Shown: positions 36,948 through 47,046 of the stretch, piece by piece | How the letters are laid out: every line of letters begins with the position of its first letter | How positions within the stretch are numbered: the first letter of the stretch is position 1 | Assembly (NCBI GenBank): GCA_913045275.1 | Contig: CAJWPG010000001.1 | Coordinates: forward strand, 4,776-68,775 | Reading direction: 5' to 3' | Origin: an uncultured Pelagibacteraceae bacterium | GTDB taxonomy: Bacteria; Pseudomonadota; Alphaproteobacteria; Pelagibacterales; Pelagibacteraceae | DNA length: 64,000 nucleotides | Made by a program: the position numbers and the translations under genes | The notes under the pieces: generated by a model | The model's input: only the letters and a program-made list of their open reading frames with translations | Told to the model about the DNA's origin: nothing | Database searches by the model: none

Positions 36948-37980
36948 TAAATTAAGACCTTTAATATTTAAATTTAGCCCAGAAGTCGCTCATTCATTAG
37001 CCATCAAAACATTAAAATTAAATTTGTTTCCATCAAATAGAATTAAAGAAACATCTTTATTAGGAACTAAATTATTTGGTAAAAATATTATAACTCCAAT
37101 AGGTGTGGCAGCTGGATTTGATAAAAATGCAGAAGTCTACAATCCTTTATTTAATTTAGGATTTGGATTTGTTGAAGTAGGAACAGTTACTCCTAAAGCA
37201 CAATTTGGCAATCCAAGACCTAGAGTTTTTAGATTAGAAGAAGATAATGCTTTAATTAATAGATTGGGTTTTAATAATTCTGGATCAGATGAAATTAGTT
37301 CAAGAATAAAAAAAAACTTACCTAATGGTTTTTTAGGAATAAATATTGGTCCAAATAAAGATACAGAAAATAGAATTGAAGACTACTTAAAATGTTTTAG
37401 GAAATTTTATGATCTTGGTGATTATATAACAATAAATATTTCGTCCCCAAACACTGAAAACTTAAGAGATTTTCACAATAAAAATGAATTAGAAGAATTA
37501 TTGGATGCAATTCAAAAAGAAAAAAATATATTAAAATCTAATATCCCAATAGCAGTAAAAATTTCTCCAGATATAGAAAATAACAAAGTTGATACTGTAG
37601 CTGGAATTTTATTAAAATATTCTGTAAATATTGCAATCATTTCAAACACAACCGATAGAAATAGAGATAGTTTAAAAAATATTAACAAATTAGAAAAAGG
37701 TGGACTATCAGGAAAACCAATTGAAACAAGATCAAATGAACTAATTAGAAATTTTTATAAAATATTTGGAAAAAATATTAAAATAATCGGGGTGGGAGGT
37801 ATCGACTCAGGAAAAAGTGCTTTTGAAAAAATATTAAATGGAGCTAGTTTAGTTCAGCTATATACTGGAATGGTTTACAAAGGACCAAATATTGCTTTGA
37901 AAATTAGTAATGAATTAAATGATATTTTAAAAAATCAAGGAATAAAAAATATTTCTGAAATAATAGGAACAAAAAATTGA
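36940..37980 (+). CDS. pyrD: Quinone-dependent dihydroorotate dehydrogenase
   Basis: [37 protein letters not shown]. Confidence 0.97.
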   Translation: MFNKLRPLIFKFSPEVAHSLAIKTLKLNLFPSNRIKETSLLGTKLFGKNIITPIGVAAGFDKNAEVYNPLFNLGFGFVEVGTVTPKAQFGNPRPRVFRLEEDNALINRLGFNNSGSDEISSRIKKNLPNGFLGINIGPNKDTENRIEDYLKCFRKFYDLGDYITINISSPNTENLRDFHNKNELEELLDAIQKEKNILKSNIPIAVKISPDIENNKVDTVAGILLKYSVNIAIISNTTDRNRDSLKNINKLEKGGLSGKPIETRSNELIRNFYKIFGKNIKIIGVGGIDSGKSAFEKILNGASLVQLYTGMVYKGPNIALKISNELNDILKNQGIKNISEIIGTKN

Positions 37981-37982
37981 CC

Positions 37983-38011
37983 TTGACGAGCTAGATCAGA
38001 GATCTTATACA
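37983..38011 (+). promoter_or_regulatory. Putative sigma70 promoter of rpmB
   Basis: TTGACG-17 bp-TATACA, 12 bp before the rpmB ATG. Confidence 0.6.
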
Positions 38012-38023
38012 GTCACATATTTT

Positions 38024-38305
38024 ATGTCTAAGAAATGCGAACTTACTGGAAAAATACCTCTTAAAGGTCATAATGTTAGTCATGCTAACAATAAAACTAA
38101 AAGAAGATTTTTACCAAATCTTAAAAAAGTAAAATTTAAAAGTGAAATTTTAAAAAAAAGTTTAAAACTTACAGTATCAAACGCTGGAGTTAGATCTGTT
38201 GACAAAAAAGGTGGTTTCGATGAATTTCTTAAATCTGTAAAATCTAGAGATTTGTCCTCGAGATTAAAAAAACTTAAAAAATCATTAATTAACAAATTAG
38301 CCTAA
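38024..38305 (+). CDS. rpmB: 50S ribosomal protein L28
   Basis: [29 protein letters not shown]. Confidence 0.97.
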   Translation: MSKKCELTGKIPLKGHNVSHANNKTKRRFLPNLKKVKFKSEILKKSLKLTVSNAGVRSVDKKGGFDEFLKSVKSRDLSSRLKKLKKSLINKLA

Positions 38306-38853
38306 TGAATAGATTATTTTTAACACTCTCATTTTTGATGGGAGCAGTTGTTCTATCATCAAATTATTTAGTTCAATTTCCTATTAATCATTATGGGTTA
38401 AATGAGATTCTAACTTATGGTGCATTTAGCTATCCCATAGCATTTTTGATAACCGATTTAGCAAATAGAGTTTATGGAAAATTAATTGCAAGAAAAATTG
38501 TATATATTGGTTTTATAATTGGTATTTTATCTACTCTTTTATTTTCAACAAATTTTTCTGATTTAATTTCATTAAGGATAGCAATAGGTTCAGGAACAGC
38601 TTTTATTGTTGCTCAATTGTTGGATGTTCAAATATTTGATCAACTTAGAAGGAAAAAATGGTTTATTGCTCCATTAGCATCTTCATGTATAGGCTCAATA
38701 GTTGATACATTTTTATTTTTCTCAATATCCTTTTACGGAACAAATATGCCGTGGGTTACATTATCCTTGGGTGATTTGATGGTAAAAATATTAGTTTCAT
38801 TATTAATGCTCATTCCATTTAGATTATTATTAGGATCTTTAAAAGCAGCTTAA
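38305..38853 (+). CDS. yhhQ: Queuosine precursor transporter (VUT/YhhQ family)
   Basis: YPIAFLITDL...YG, RIAIGS..AF..AQLLDV.IF, DTFLF. Confidence 0.85.
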   Translation: MNRLFLTLSFLMGAVVLSSNYLVQFPINHYGLNEILTYGAFSYPIAFLITDLANRVYGKLIARKIVYIGFIIGILSTLLFSTNFSDLISLRIAIGSGTAFIVAQLLDVQIFDQLRRKKWFIAPLASSCIGSIVDTFLFFSISFYGTNMPWVTLSLGDLMVKILVSLLMLIPFRLLLGSLKAA

Positions 38854-38855
38854 AA

Positions 38856-39731
38856 TTAGTACAAAAATTTATAAGCTAAAATTTTATATGCTAATTTTGC
38901 AACTAAAAAATTGTAGGAGTTAAAGCCTTTTATTGGTGATAGTTCATTAATATCCGCTCCTACTATATTTGAATTTTTAGCCGCTATCTTAATTATATTT
39001 AAAGTTTCATTCCAAAAAAGACCTCCTGGTTCTGGTGTCCCAGTGGCTGGCATGATACTTGAATCAAGTCCATCCACGTCAAATGTTAAATAGACTGTTT
39101 TGTTCTTAATCATTTTTTTGAACTTATTTAAATTCCATTTATTTTTGTCTTTTGCCCAAAAAATATTTATTCTTGAAGAGTTTTTTTTAAAATAAAGCAT
39201 TTCATTTTTTGAAATATTTCTAATACCAAAAGATACTATAGATACATTTTTATAATCCAAACATCTTCTAATTGCTGATGCATGTGAAAATTTTTCTCCA
39301 TTATAACTGTCTCTTAAATCTGCATGAGCATCAAAGTGTAATAAGCATAAATTTTTATACTTTTTAGCAAATGGAGCTATACAACCAGGCGTTATTGAAT
39401 GCTCGCCTCCAAGAATTAAAGGAAAAATTTTTTTTTTTAATACTTTTTCATTAATTTTTGAAATTTGATTTAAAGCTTTTTTTATATTTCTATCAATTTT
39501 AAATGATTTTAAAGTTTTAATTCCAATTTTTTTATATGGTTCACAATTAAGCTCTTCATCATAAAGCTCTACTTGATGCGAAGCTTTAATAATTTCTTTT
39601 GGTCCATTTTTTGTGCCACCACCATAACTAACTGTTTTTTCCAAACCAAAAGGGACAACTACAACTTTTTCTTTAACATTGAATTTATTATCAACCCCCA
39701 GAAAACCCAATTTGTTTGATAAATAATTCAA
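38856..39731 (-). CDS. speB: Agmatinase-family ureohydrolase
   Basis: GGEHSIT, HFDAHADLRD, TFDVDGLD, PATGTPEPGG. Confidence 0.92.
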   Translation of the reverse strand: MNYLSNKLGFLGVDNKFNVKEKVVVVPFGLEKTVSYGGGTKNGPKEIIKASHQVELYDEELNCEPYKKIGIKTLKSFKIDRNIKKALNQISKINEKVLKKKIFPLILGGEHSITPGCIAPFAKKYKNLCLLHFDAHADLRDSYNGEKFSHASAIRRCLDYKNVSIVSFGIRNISKNEMLYFKKNSSRINIFWAKDKNKWNLNKFKKMIKNKTVYLTFDVDGLDSSIMPATGTPEPGGLFWNETLNIIKIAAKNSNIVGADINELSPIKGFNSYNFLVAKLAYKILAYKFLY

Positions 39732-39734
39732 TTT

Positions 39735-40778
39735 TTAACCAAATATTTTATTGAAATTTTTTCTAGATCTATTCTTCCATTCGCCTCTATGATAAGCATC
39801 ACTTGCAATTAAAGGAAGAACACTAGTTGCTTCAGCAAAAACCATTTGTTCTTTTGTAACATCTACTTTTCCCCAAGAACTCGCTTCTTTTAAAGTTGAA
39901 CTACTGCAAGCGCCATCTCTTGAATCGGCAACTGTTATTTGTACTGCATACTTGTGCATGTCAACTTGTTCACCTAATAGTTCTGCACAAATTACTGTAT
40001 CTTGAATAAAATTTTTTGGCACACCCCCACCAATCATGAATAATCCAGATCCTTTAGATTTTATTTTTATTTCAGTTAATTCACGAAACTCTCTTATTGA
40101 GTCTATTGTAATGTGTTTTATTGGGTTTCTTTCTTGGTGCATTACTAATCCAAAACCAGCACTTGAGTCTGTAAAAGCAGGGCAAAATATTGGGACGTTA
40201 TTATCATATGCCATTTCAATTAAAGATCCTTTTTTTTTGGCATTTGATTTTAAATATTTTCCTATTTCATTAATAAATTCTCTAGATGTATAGCTTTTTG
40301 GTTCTAAATTATCAGCAATATCACCAATCGCTTTATCACACATTTGTAACTCATTTTCATCGATGTAAGTATCATAAATTCTATCTATATAATTTTCTCT
40401 TAACTCGGAGTCATTTTGGAATTGAGATCCTTGGTAATGCTTGAATCCTAAAGCTTCAAAAAAATCCATATCAATTACAGAGGCTCCTGTAGCCACAATA
40501 GCATCAATCATATTATATTTAATCATATCTCTATAGATGTGCATGCATCCAGCCGCTGAAGTAGATCCAGCTAAAGTTAAGAAAATAGTACAATCTTTAT
40601 CTTTTATCATTTCATTAAAGATATTAGCTGCGTTTGCAGTTTCTCTTGAAACGAAAGACATTTTTTCCATTGAAGAGATTATATTTCTTGCATCAAAAGA
40701 AGTAATGTCTATATGCTCCACTTCTTTGCTTAATAAATCTTTTTTTCTATTATGGGATAAATTTTTTTTTTCTGACAT
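39735..40778 (-). CDS. Deoxyhypusine synthase-like protein (probable homospermidine-pathway enzyme)
   Basis: IDRIYD, PAFTDSSAG, GGGVPKNF, EASSWGKV with catalytic Lys; ATG at 40778 coupled to upstream TGA. Confidence 0.9.
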   Translation of the reverse strand: MSEKKNLSHNRKKDLLSKEVEHIDITSFDARNIISSMEKMSFVSRETANAANIFNEMIKDKDCTIFLTLAGSTSAAGCMHIYRDMIKYNMIDAIVATGASVIDMDFFEALGFKHYQGSQFQNDSELRENYIDRIYDTYIDENELQMCDKAIGDIADNLEPKSYTSREFINEIGKYLKSNAKKKGSLIEMAYDNNVPIFCPAFTDSSAGFGLVMHQERNPIKHITIDSIREFRELTEIKIKSKGSGLFMIGGGVPKNFIQDTVICAELLGEQVDMHKYAVQITVADSRDGACSSSTLKEASSWGKVDVTKEQMVFAEATSVLPLIASDAYHRGEWKNRSRKNFNKIFG

Positions 40779-41956
40779 CAAGCAACAAGAAATTCTTTAT
40801 TTGTTTCTTTGCCATACATTGTCATAATTGGATCATCTTCTACTTCAAATATATTGTTTGAATAAAATCCATTAAATTCAGTTCTAAATGTTAGGCCATA
40901 AGCACCCAATTGACCTAATTCGATATAATCGTTTTCTTTTATATTATTTGGCAAGATGAAGGGCCCTTTCATATAATCCAAGCTGTCGCATGTTGGTCCA
41001 TAGAAATCAAATGAAGTTAATTTTTTTGAAATAGTTCTTCTACTTGCGATAAGCCTTGAAGGATAAACTATATTTGGTACACCAGCGTCAAAAAGTGTTC
41101 CATACGTTCCATCGTTTATATAGAGTTTTTGTTTTTTTCTTAAATTTACTCTTGTAATTGTTGAGCCGCTTTCAGCAACAATAGCTCGCCCTGGTTCACA
41201 AAGAATTTCTGGAAGTTTATTTAATTTTAAATTCGATAATGCTTTCTTAATTTCTTCAAAATAATTGTCTAGCGATTGTGGAATTAAATCAGGATATATA
41301 GTTGGAAAACCTCCCCCTATGTTTATTACATCTGGTATAATTTTTGTTTTTTTAATAATGCTACCAATTTCAGCAATTCCTTTAGTATAAGATATTGGAT
41401 GCATACACTGAGAACCAACATGAAAACTTAATCCTATTTTTTTTGCATATTGTTTAGCCAGTCTTAATAAGCCACAAGCCTCAGAGCTAATTGCTCCAAA
41501 CTTTTTTGATAAGTCTATTTCTGCATGTTCATTTGAAACTGACACTCTTACAAATAATTCTAAATCTTTTGCATGATTTGTACTTTCGATAATTTTAACT
41601 AACTCATCTTTGGTGTCTAAGGAGTATGTCTTGATACCATGTTTAAAATATGCTTCATTAATATTTTCTCTACTTTTGACAGTATGCATGTAAGAACATT
41701 TAGCATTTGAGCTTATTTTTCTGATTGCCTCTATTTCCTTTATTGAAGCTATGTCAAAATTATTAATCCCACTTTCTATAACTGTTTGCAATACAATTGG
41801 ATTTGGATTAGTTTTAACAGCATAAAGGATTTTTCCTGGGAACTTATTCCTAAAATATTTAGAAGATAATTTTATTGATTTTCTTCTAATACAATAAACC
41901 GGCTCTGTTGGTTTCAGTTGTTTTACTAGTTCATCAACTGATTTAAATTTTTCCAT
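40778..41956 (-). CDS. Fold-type III PLP ornithine-decarboxylase-like enzyme (likely arginine decarboxylase from context)
   Basis: YAVKTN PLP lysine, KKFGA, SFHVGSQ, NIGGGFP, EPGR, GPTCDSLD, GAY. Confidence 0.9.
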   Translation of the reverse strand: MEKFKSVDELVKQLKPTEPVYCIRRKSIKLSSKYFRNKFPGKILYAVKTNPNPIVLQTVIESGINNFDIASIKEIEAIRKISSNAKCSYMHTVKSRENINEAYFKHGIKTYSLDTKDELVKIIESTNHAKDLELFVRVSVSNEHAEIDLSKKFGAISSEACGLLRLAKQYAKKIGLSFHVGSQCMHPISYTKGIAEIGSIIKKTKIIPDVINIGGGFPTIYPDLIPQSLDNYFEEIKKALSNLKLNKLPEILCEPGRAIVAESGSTITRVNLRKKQKLYINDGTYGTLFDAGVPNIVYPSRLIASRRTISKKLTSFDFYGPTCDSLDYMKGPFILPNNIKENDYIELGQLGAYGLTFRTEFNGFYSNNIFEVEDDPIMTMYGKETNKEFLVA

Positions 41957-42103
41957 TAATTACCTCAAAAAAAATTTAACAAAAAAAACCGCACATCTGT
42001 TATGCAATTTCTATATAAATTCAGCATTTATGGGATATGTTAGTTAAAGTAAAGTAAATAATATCATTGAAATAAAGAAAATTATTTCCATATATATGAC
42101 CTA

Positions 42104-42667
42104 ATGTCAGAAACCCAAAACATAAAAAAAATTAGTGAATTTAAGGATAATTCGTTGCTGATAGTAGATGATGATAATACATTTAGAGAGAGATTATCTA
42201 GAGCAATGGAAAAAAAGGGTTTTCAAGTTTCACAAGCAGAGAGTGTAAAAACTGGAATAGAATCTGTGAAATTGAAAAAACCAGCTTTTGCAGTTGTAGA
42301 CCTAAGACTAAATGATGGAAATGGACTTAAGATTGTAAGAGAGATTCAAACAAATAATCCCGATAGTAGAATAATAATGCTAACTGGTTATGGAAATATT
42401 CCAACAGCTGTTGCCGCAATTAAAGAAGGGGCAATCGATTATCTGGCAAAACCCGCTGATGCAGACGATGTAGAAAAAGCTCTTTTAGCCGATCCAAATA
42501 AAAAAGCTTCACCCCCAGAAAACCCTATGTCTGCCGACAGGGTTAAATGGGAACATATCCATAGAGTTTTTGAGTTATGCAATAGAAATGTATCAGAAAC
42601 TGCTAGGCGATTGAAAATGCATAGAAGAACATTGCAAAGAATCTTATCAAAAAGATCACCTAAATAA
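42104..42667 (+). CDS. regA: RegA/PrrA/ActR redox response regulator
   Basis: Receiver domain (VDDD, VDLRL) plus PPENPMSADRVKWEHI..VFELC.RNVSETARRLKMHRRTLQRILSKRSP. Confidence 0.96.
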   Translation: MSETQNIKKISEFKDNSLLIVDDDNTFRERLSRAMEKKGFQVSQAESVKTGIESVKLKKPAFAVVDLRLNDGNGLKIVREIQTNNPDSRIIMLTGYGNIPTAVAAIKEGAIDYLAKPADADDVEKALLADPNKKASPPENPMSADRVKWEHIHRVFELCNRNVSETARRLKMHRRTLQRILSKRSPK

Positions 42668-43211
42668 ATTTTCTTAACCTAATAATTTTGTTAACTAATA
42701 AAGTTAACAATAAAATTTTAAAAAATTCAGCCAATAGAAATGGAAAAACACCCAATTGAAGAATAGGTTTATCCCAACCAATTAAAGTTCCCAACCATAT
42801 GACACCAAAAAAATATATAACTGATGTTGATACTAAAATTTTTAAAAAATTAATAAAATAATTCGAATTATATTTAAAATAACCTGCAAGAAAACATGCA
42901 AATATAAATCCAATTAAATAACCCATTGTTGGTCCAACAAAATAAGCAATACCTATTCCTTTTTCTGGAGAATTAGAAAATACAGGCAAACCCGCTATAC
43001 CCTCCAATAAATATAAAAAAATTGTTGTTACACCAACTTTATAACCAAATGAAATACCTAAAAATAATACAACAAAAGTTTGCATTGTCATAGGCACTGG
43101 ATAAAAGGGAATTCTAATTTTTGCTGAAATGGTTAATAAAATTGAACCTATAAGGGAAATTAAAAAAATTTTAATTATCTTATTGTTCGATATTGTTTTT
43201 ACAAGTTCCAT
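42660..43211 (-). CDS. bioY: Biotin transporter BioY
   Basis: PFYPVPMTMQT, GLPVFS, GPTMGYLIGF. Confidence 0.93.
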   Translation of the reverse strand: MELVKTISNNKIIKIFLISLIGSILLTISAKIRIPFYPVPMTMQTFVVLFLGISFGYKVGVTTIFLYLLEGIAGLPVFSNSPEKGIGIAYFVGPTMGYLIGFIFACFLAGYFKYNSNYFINFLKILVSTSVIYFFGVIWLGTLIGWDKPILQLGVFPFLLAEFFKILLLTLLVNKIIRLRKFI

Positions 43212-43244
43212 TGGTTTTATTTTACATCTTAAAAAATAATTAAT

Positions 43245-44174
43245 CTAGTTTTTTGTTAACCTTAAAAACACGTCTTCTAGATCACCATCATCTGTAGAAA
43301 TATCAAGTATTTTTATATTTTGAGTATTTAAATGACTAATAATTTGGTCAATATTAATTTTGTTTTTTTCATAAGAAATAGACAACTTATTTTTTTCGTT
43401 AGAAATAATTTTTAATGATTTTAAAGTATTTTCGTTAATATCTACTTTTTTATCTGTTATAAAATTGACTATCTTTGTTTGAATCCTATTTAAAAGATTT
43501 TTAGTTGTATCTAGAGCTACCAATTCACCATGACTTAAAATTCCAATTCTATCGCACATTTTTTCAGCTTCTTCTAAATAATGAGTTGTAAGTATAATAG
43601 TTACACCTTTGTTATTTAATGATCTGAGATTTTCCCATAATTTTTTCCTAAGATCTACATCTACCCCAGCCGTTGGTTCATCCAAAATTATTATTGGAGG
43701 TTGATGAACCATGGCTTTTGCCACCAACAACCTTCTTTTCATTCCCCCAGATAAACTTCTTGAGTAACTATTTGCTTGTTTTTCTAACGATACTAATTTC
43801 AATATTGTATCTGTTATTCTATCTTTTTTTTTAACTCCGTATAATCCTGCCTGCAATTCTAATAACTTTTTTGGACTAAAAAATGGGTCCACATTTACTT
43901 CTTGTGGAACTATTCCTATGGAGGCTCTTACTTGCCTAGGGCTCTTATCTAAATCAAAACCCCAAACATTTACATCTCCTTCACTTTTAATAACTGATCC
44001 CCCAAGAATATTTATAAATGTACTTTTCCCAGCACCGTTTGGTCCGAGCAAGCCAAAAATTTCACCTTCTTTCACCTCTAAGTTTAAATTTTTTAATGCT
44101 TCAACACGGCCTGTTCCTTTTTTTGAATAAGTTTTTTTTAAGTTTTTAACATGTACGACGTTTATTTTATCCAT
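43245..44174 (-). CDS. ABC transporter ATP-binding protein (ABC-2/YadG-like)
   Basis: GPNGAGKST, LSGGMKRR, LDEPTAGVD, TTHYLEEAE, DLEDVF. Confidence 0.92.
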   Translation of the reverse strand: MDKINVVHVKNLKKTYSKKGTGRVEALKNLNLEVKEGEIFGLLGPNGAGKSTFINILGGSVIKSEGDVNVWGFDLDKSPRQVRASIGIVPQEVNVDPFFSPKKLLELQAGLYGVKKKDRITDTILKLVSLEKQANSYSRSLSGGMKRRLLVAKAMVHQPPIIILDEPTAGVDVDLRKKLWENLRSLNNKGVTIILTTHYLEEAEKMCDRIGILSHGELVALDTTKNLLNRIQTKIVNFITDKKVDINENTLKSLKIISNEKNKLSISYEKNKINIDQIISHLNTQNIKILDISTDDGDLEDVFLRLTKN

Positions 44175-44223
44175 ATACGGTTATACATTTATAACATTAA
44201 GAGAAATAAGATAACATTATTAT

Positions 44224-46995
44224 ATGAGTAAAATAAAAAAAACTGATCATTTTTATTTAATAGATGGATCGGGATATATTTTTAGAGCATATTACGCATT
44301 ACCACCTTTGACTAGAAAAAGTGATGGAATGCCAGTTGGTGCAGTTAGTGGATTTTGCAACATGTTATTTAAATTACTTGAAGATTCAAAATCAAATGAG
44401 AACTCTGAAAAACCAACACATTTTGCGGTAATATTTGACTCGGCAAGAAAAAATTTTAGGAATGAAATTTATTCCGAATATAAAGCTAACAGATCAGACG
44501 CACCAGATGATCTTATCCCTCAATTTGATTATATAAGAAAATCGGTTTTAGCATTCAATTTACCATCTATTGAGTTAATTAATTATGAAGCCGATGACCT
44601 AATTGCAACTTATGTGGATCAAATTTTATCAAAAGAAGCAAAAGTAACTATAGTTTCTTCAGATAAAGATCTAATGCAATTATATAAAAAAAACGTAAGA
44701 ATTTACGATCCCATGAAAAATAAATTTATTGATGAGGAAGATGTAAATAAAAAATTTGGAGTTAAACCAGAAAAAGTAGTTGACGTTCAAGCTTTAGCAG
44801 GAGATAGCACTGACAATGTTCCTGGAGTTCCTGGAATTGGTGTAAAAACTGCAGCAGAATTGATTAACGAATATGATAATTTAGAAAATCTATTGAAAAA
44901 TGCAAAAAAAATTAAGCAAAATAAAAGAAGAGAAACGTTAATTGAAAATAAAGATAAAGCGATAATTAGTAAAAAACTTGTTGTATTAAAAAATGATGTA
45001 CCTGTAAAGAATAGTATTGATGAATTTGAATTAAAACAAATAGATAAAAAAAAGCTTTATAATTTTTTGAGAGAGATGGAATTTAATAGACTTTTAAGTT
45101 CAGCAATTTCTAAATATGGAGAGAGTGAATTCGAAAATAAAGAATCTGATATAAGTAAAAAAGATTTTTCAAAGATTTCAAATAAAAATTATCAAATTAT
45201 TAAAAGCGAAGATGAATTGAAAAGTTGGTTGAAAAATGCAGAAGAAATTGGGGAATTTGCAATTGACACTGAAACCAATTCATTAGACCCGCATCAGGCA
45301 AGTCTCGTGGGAATTTCAATTTCAAGCAGCATAGGTAAAGCTTTTTATATTCCTTTAAATCACTTAAAAGGAAAAAATTTTGGTGAAAAGAAAGTTCTGT
45401 CGATTCTCAAGCCTTATCTAGAGGATAAAAGCATTAAAAAAATTGGTCAAAATATTAAGTTTGACTACATAATATTTTACCACAGAGGAATAGATATTAA
45501 CTGTATGGAAGATACTATGCTCATGTCATATGTTTTAGATGCAGGAAAAAATCGTCACAATATGGATACTTTGTCCGAGATTCATTTGGGACATAAGACA
45601 ATTAAATTCAAAGATTTAGTTGGAACTGGAAAAAAACAGATAAACTTCAGCGAAGTTGATTTAGATGAAGCAAAGAATTATGCCTCTGAGGATGCAGATA
45701 TTACATACAGGTTGTATAAAATATTTTTAAAATCTTTAAAAACAGAAAATTTGATAAATATTTATGAAATATTTGAAAAGCCATTAATTAAAATTTTAGC
45801 ACATATGGAAATTAATGGCATAAGACTAGATAAAAATTTTTTAAAAAAACTATCTTTAAAATTTTCAAATAAAATTGAACTGTTTGAAAATAAGATTTAC
45901 AAAATTTCTAATAAAAAATTTAATATTGGTTCTACCAAACAGCTTGGCGAAATAATGTATAATGAACTCAAAATATCTTCGCTAAGAAAGACAAAAAAAG
46001 GTAGTTTTGCAACAAGAGCTACGGTATTGGAAGATTTAGCATTCAAAGGACACGAACTACCTAAGTTAGTATTAGATTGGAGACAAACTAGTAAACTAAA
46101 AAATACATACTCTGATTCATTACCCGAACATTTAAATTCCAAAACAAATCGTATCCATACTTCTTTTTTATTAGCGGCAACAAGCACAGGAAGATTAGCG
46201 TCAAGTAACCCAAATTTACAAAACATTCCTATAAAAACAGACGATGGCCGCGATATCAGAAAAGCATTTATTTCTGAAAAAGATAAAAAGTTAATTTCTG
46301 CAGACTATAACCAAATCGAAATGAGAATTTTAGCAGACTTAGCAGATGTAAAGGAACTAAAGAAAGCATTTTTAAATAACGAAGACATTCATTCTTTGAC
46401 AGCAAGTCAAGTCTTTGGAGTTGATGTAAAAAAAGTTAATTCGGAAATGAGAAGAAAAGCAAAAGTTATTAATTTTGGAATAATTTATGGAATATCACAA
46501 TATGGTTTAGCAAAACAAATTGGAGTTTCTAATATTGAAGCGGAAGAATTTTTGAATTCTTATTTTATTAAGTTTCCTGAAATAAAAGAATATATGAATG
46601 CAACAATAAATTATTGTAGAAAAAGCGGATATGTCCAAAATATATTTGGAAGAAAAACACATATAGTTGGAATAAATGATAAAAATTTTAATGTAAGGAA
46701 TTTTCAGGAAAGGGCCGCAATTAATGCACCGATACAAGGTTCTGCTTCAGAAATTATGAGATTGGCAATGATAAGGTTAAATAATGAAATTAATTTAGTT
46801 AAAAAAGAGAATCTAAAAATGTTGCTCCAAATTCATGATGAGTTAATTTTTGAGACAAGTGATAATGATCTAAAACAATCATCAAAATTAATTAGCGATA
46901 CAATGATGAGTGTTAAGAATAGTGAACTTCACTCTTTTTCAATACCCTTGCTGGTAGACATTAATTCAGGTAATAATTGGGGAGAACTTCACTAA
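44224..46995 (+). CDS. polA: DNA polymerase I
   Basis: 5'-3' exonuclease (IDGS, EADD), 3'-5' exonuclease (IDTET), ADYNQIEMR, INFGIIYG, QIHDEL. Confidence 0.98.
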   Translation: MSKIKKTDHFYLIDGSGYIFRAYYALPPLTRKSDGMPVGAVSGFCNMLFKLLEDSKSNENSEKPTHFAVIFDSARKNFRNEIYSEYKANRSDAPDDLIPQFDYIRKSVLAFNLPSIELINYEADDLIATYVDQILSKEAKVTIVSSDKDLMQLYKKNVRIYDPMKNKFIDEEDVNKKFGVKPEKVVDVQALAGDSTDNVPGVPGIGVKTAAELINEYDNLENLLKNAKKIKQNKRRETLIENKDKAIISKKLVVLKNDVPVKNSIDEFELKQIDKKKLYNFLREMEFNRLLSSAISKYGESEFENKESDISKKDFSKISNKNYQIIKSEDELKSWLKNAEEIGEFAIDTETNSLDPHQASLVGISISSSIGKAFYIPLNHLKGKNFGEKKVLSILKPYLEDKSIKKIGQNIKFDYIIFYHRGIDINCMEDTMLMSYVLDAGKNRHNMDTLSEIHLGHKTIKFKDLVGTGKKQINFSEVDLDEAKNYASEDADITYRLYKIFLKSLKTENLINIYEIFEKPLIKILAHMEINGIRLDKNFLKKLSLKFSNKIELFENKIYKISNKKFNIGSTKQLGEIMYNELKISSLRKTKKGSFATRATVLEDLAFKGHELPKLVLDWRQTSKLKNTYSDSLPEHLNSKTNRIHTSFLLAATSTGRLASSNPNLQNIPIKTDDGRDIRKAFISEKDKKLISADYNQIEMRILADLADVKELKKAFLNNEDIHSLTASQVFGVDVKKVNSEMRRKAKVINFGIIYGISQYGLAKQIGVSNIEAEEFLNSYFIKFPEIKEYMNATINYCRKSGYVQNIFGRKTHIVGINDKNFNVRNFQERAAINAPIQGSASEIMRLAMIRLNNEINLVKKENLKMLLQIHDELIFETSDNDLKQSSKLISDTMMSVKNSELHSFSIPLLVDINSGNNWGELH

Positions 46996-47046
46996 CAAAC
47001 AATTAATTGCCCAAATTAGAACAATTTAGTATTTTTATTATTATTT

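Noticed and set aside
39735-40778. Bacterial hypusination system acting on EF-P
   Set aside because: No efp gene nearby; the decarboxylase and agmatinase context points to polyamine synthesis.
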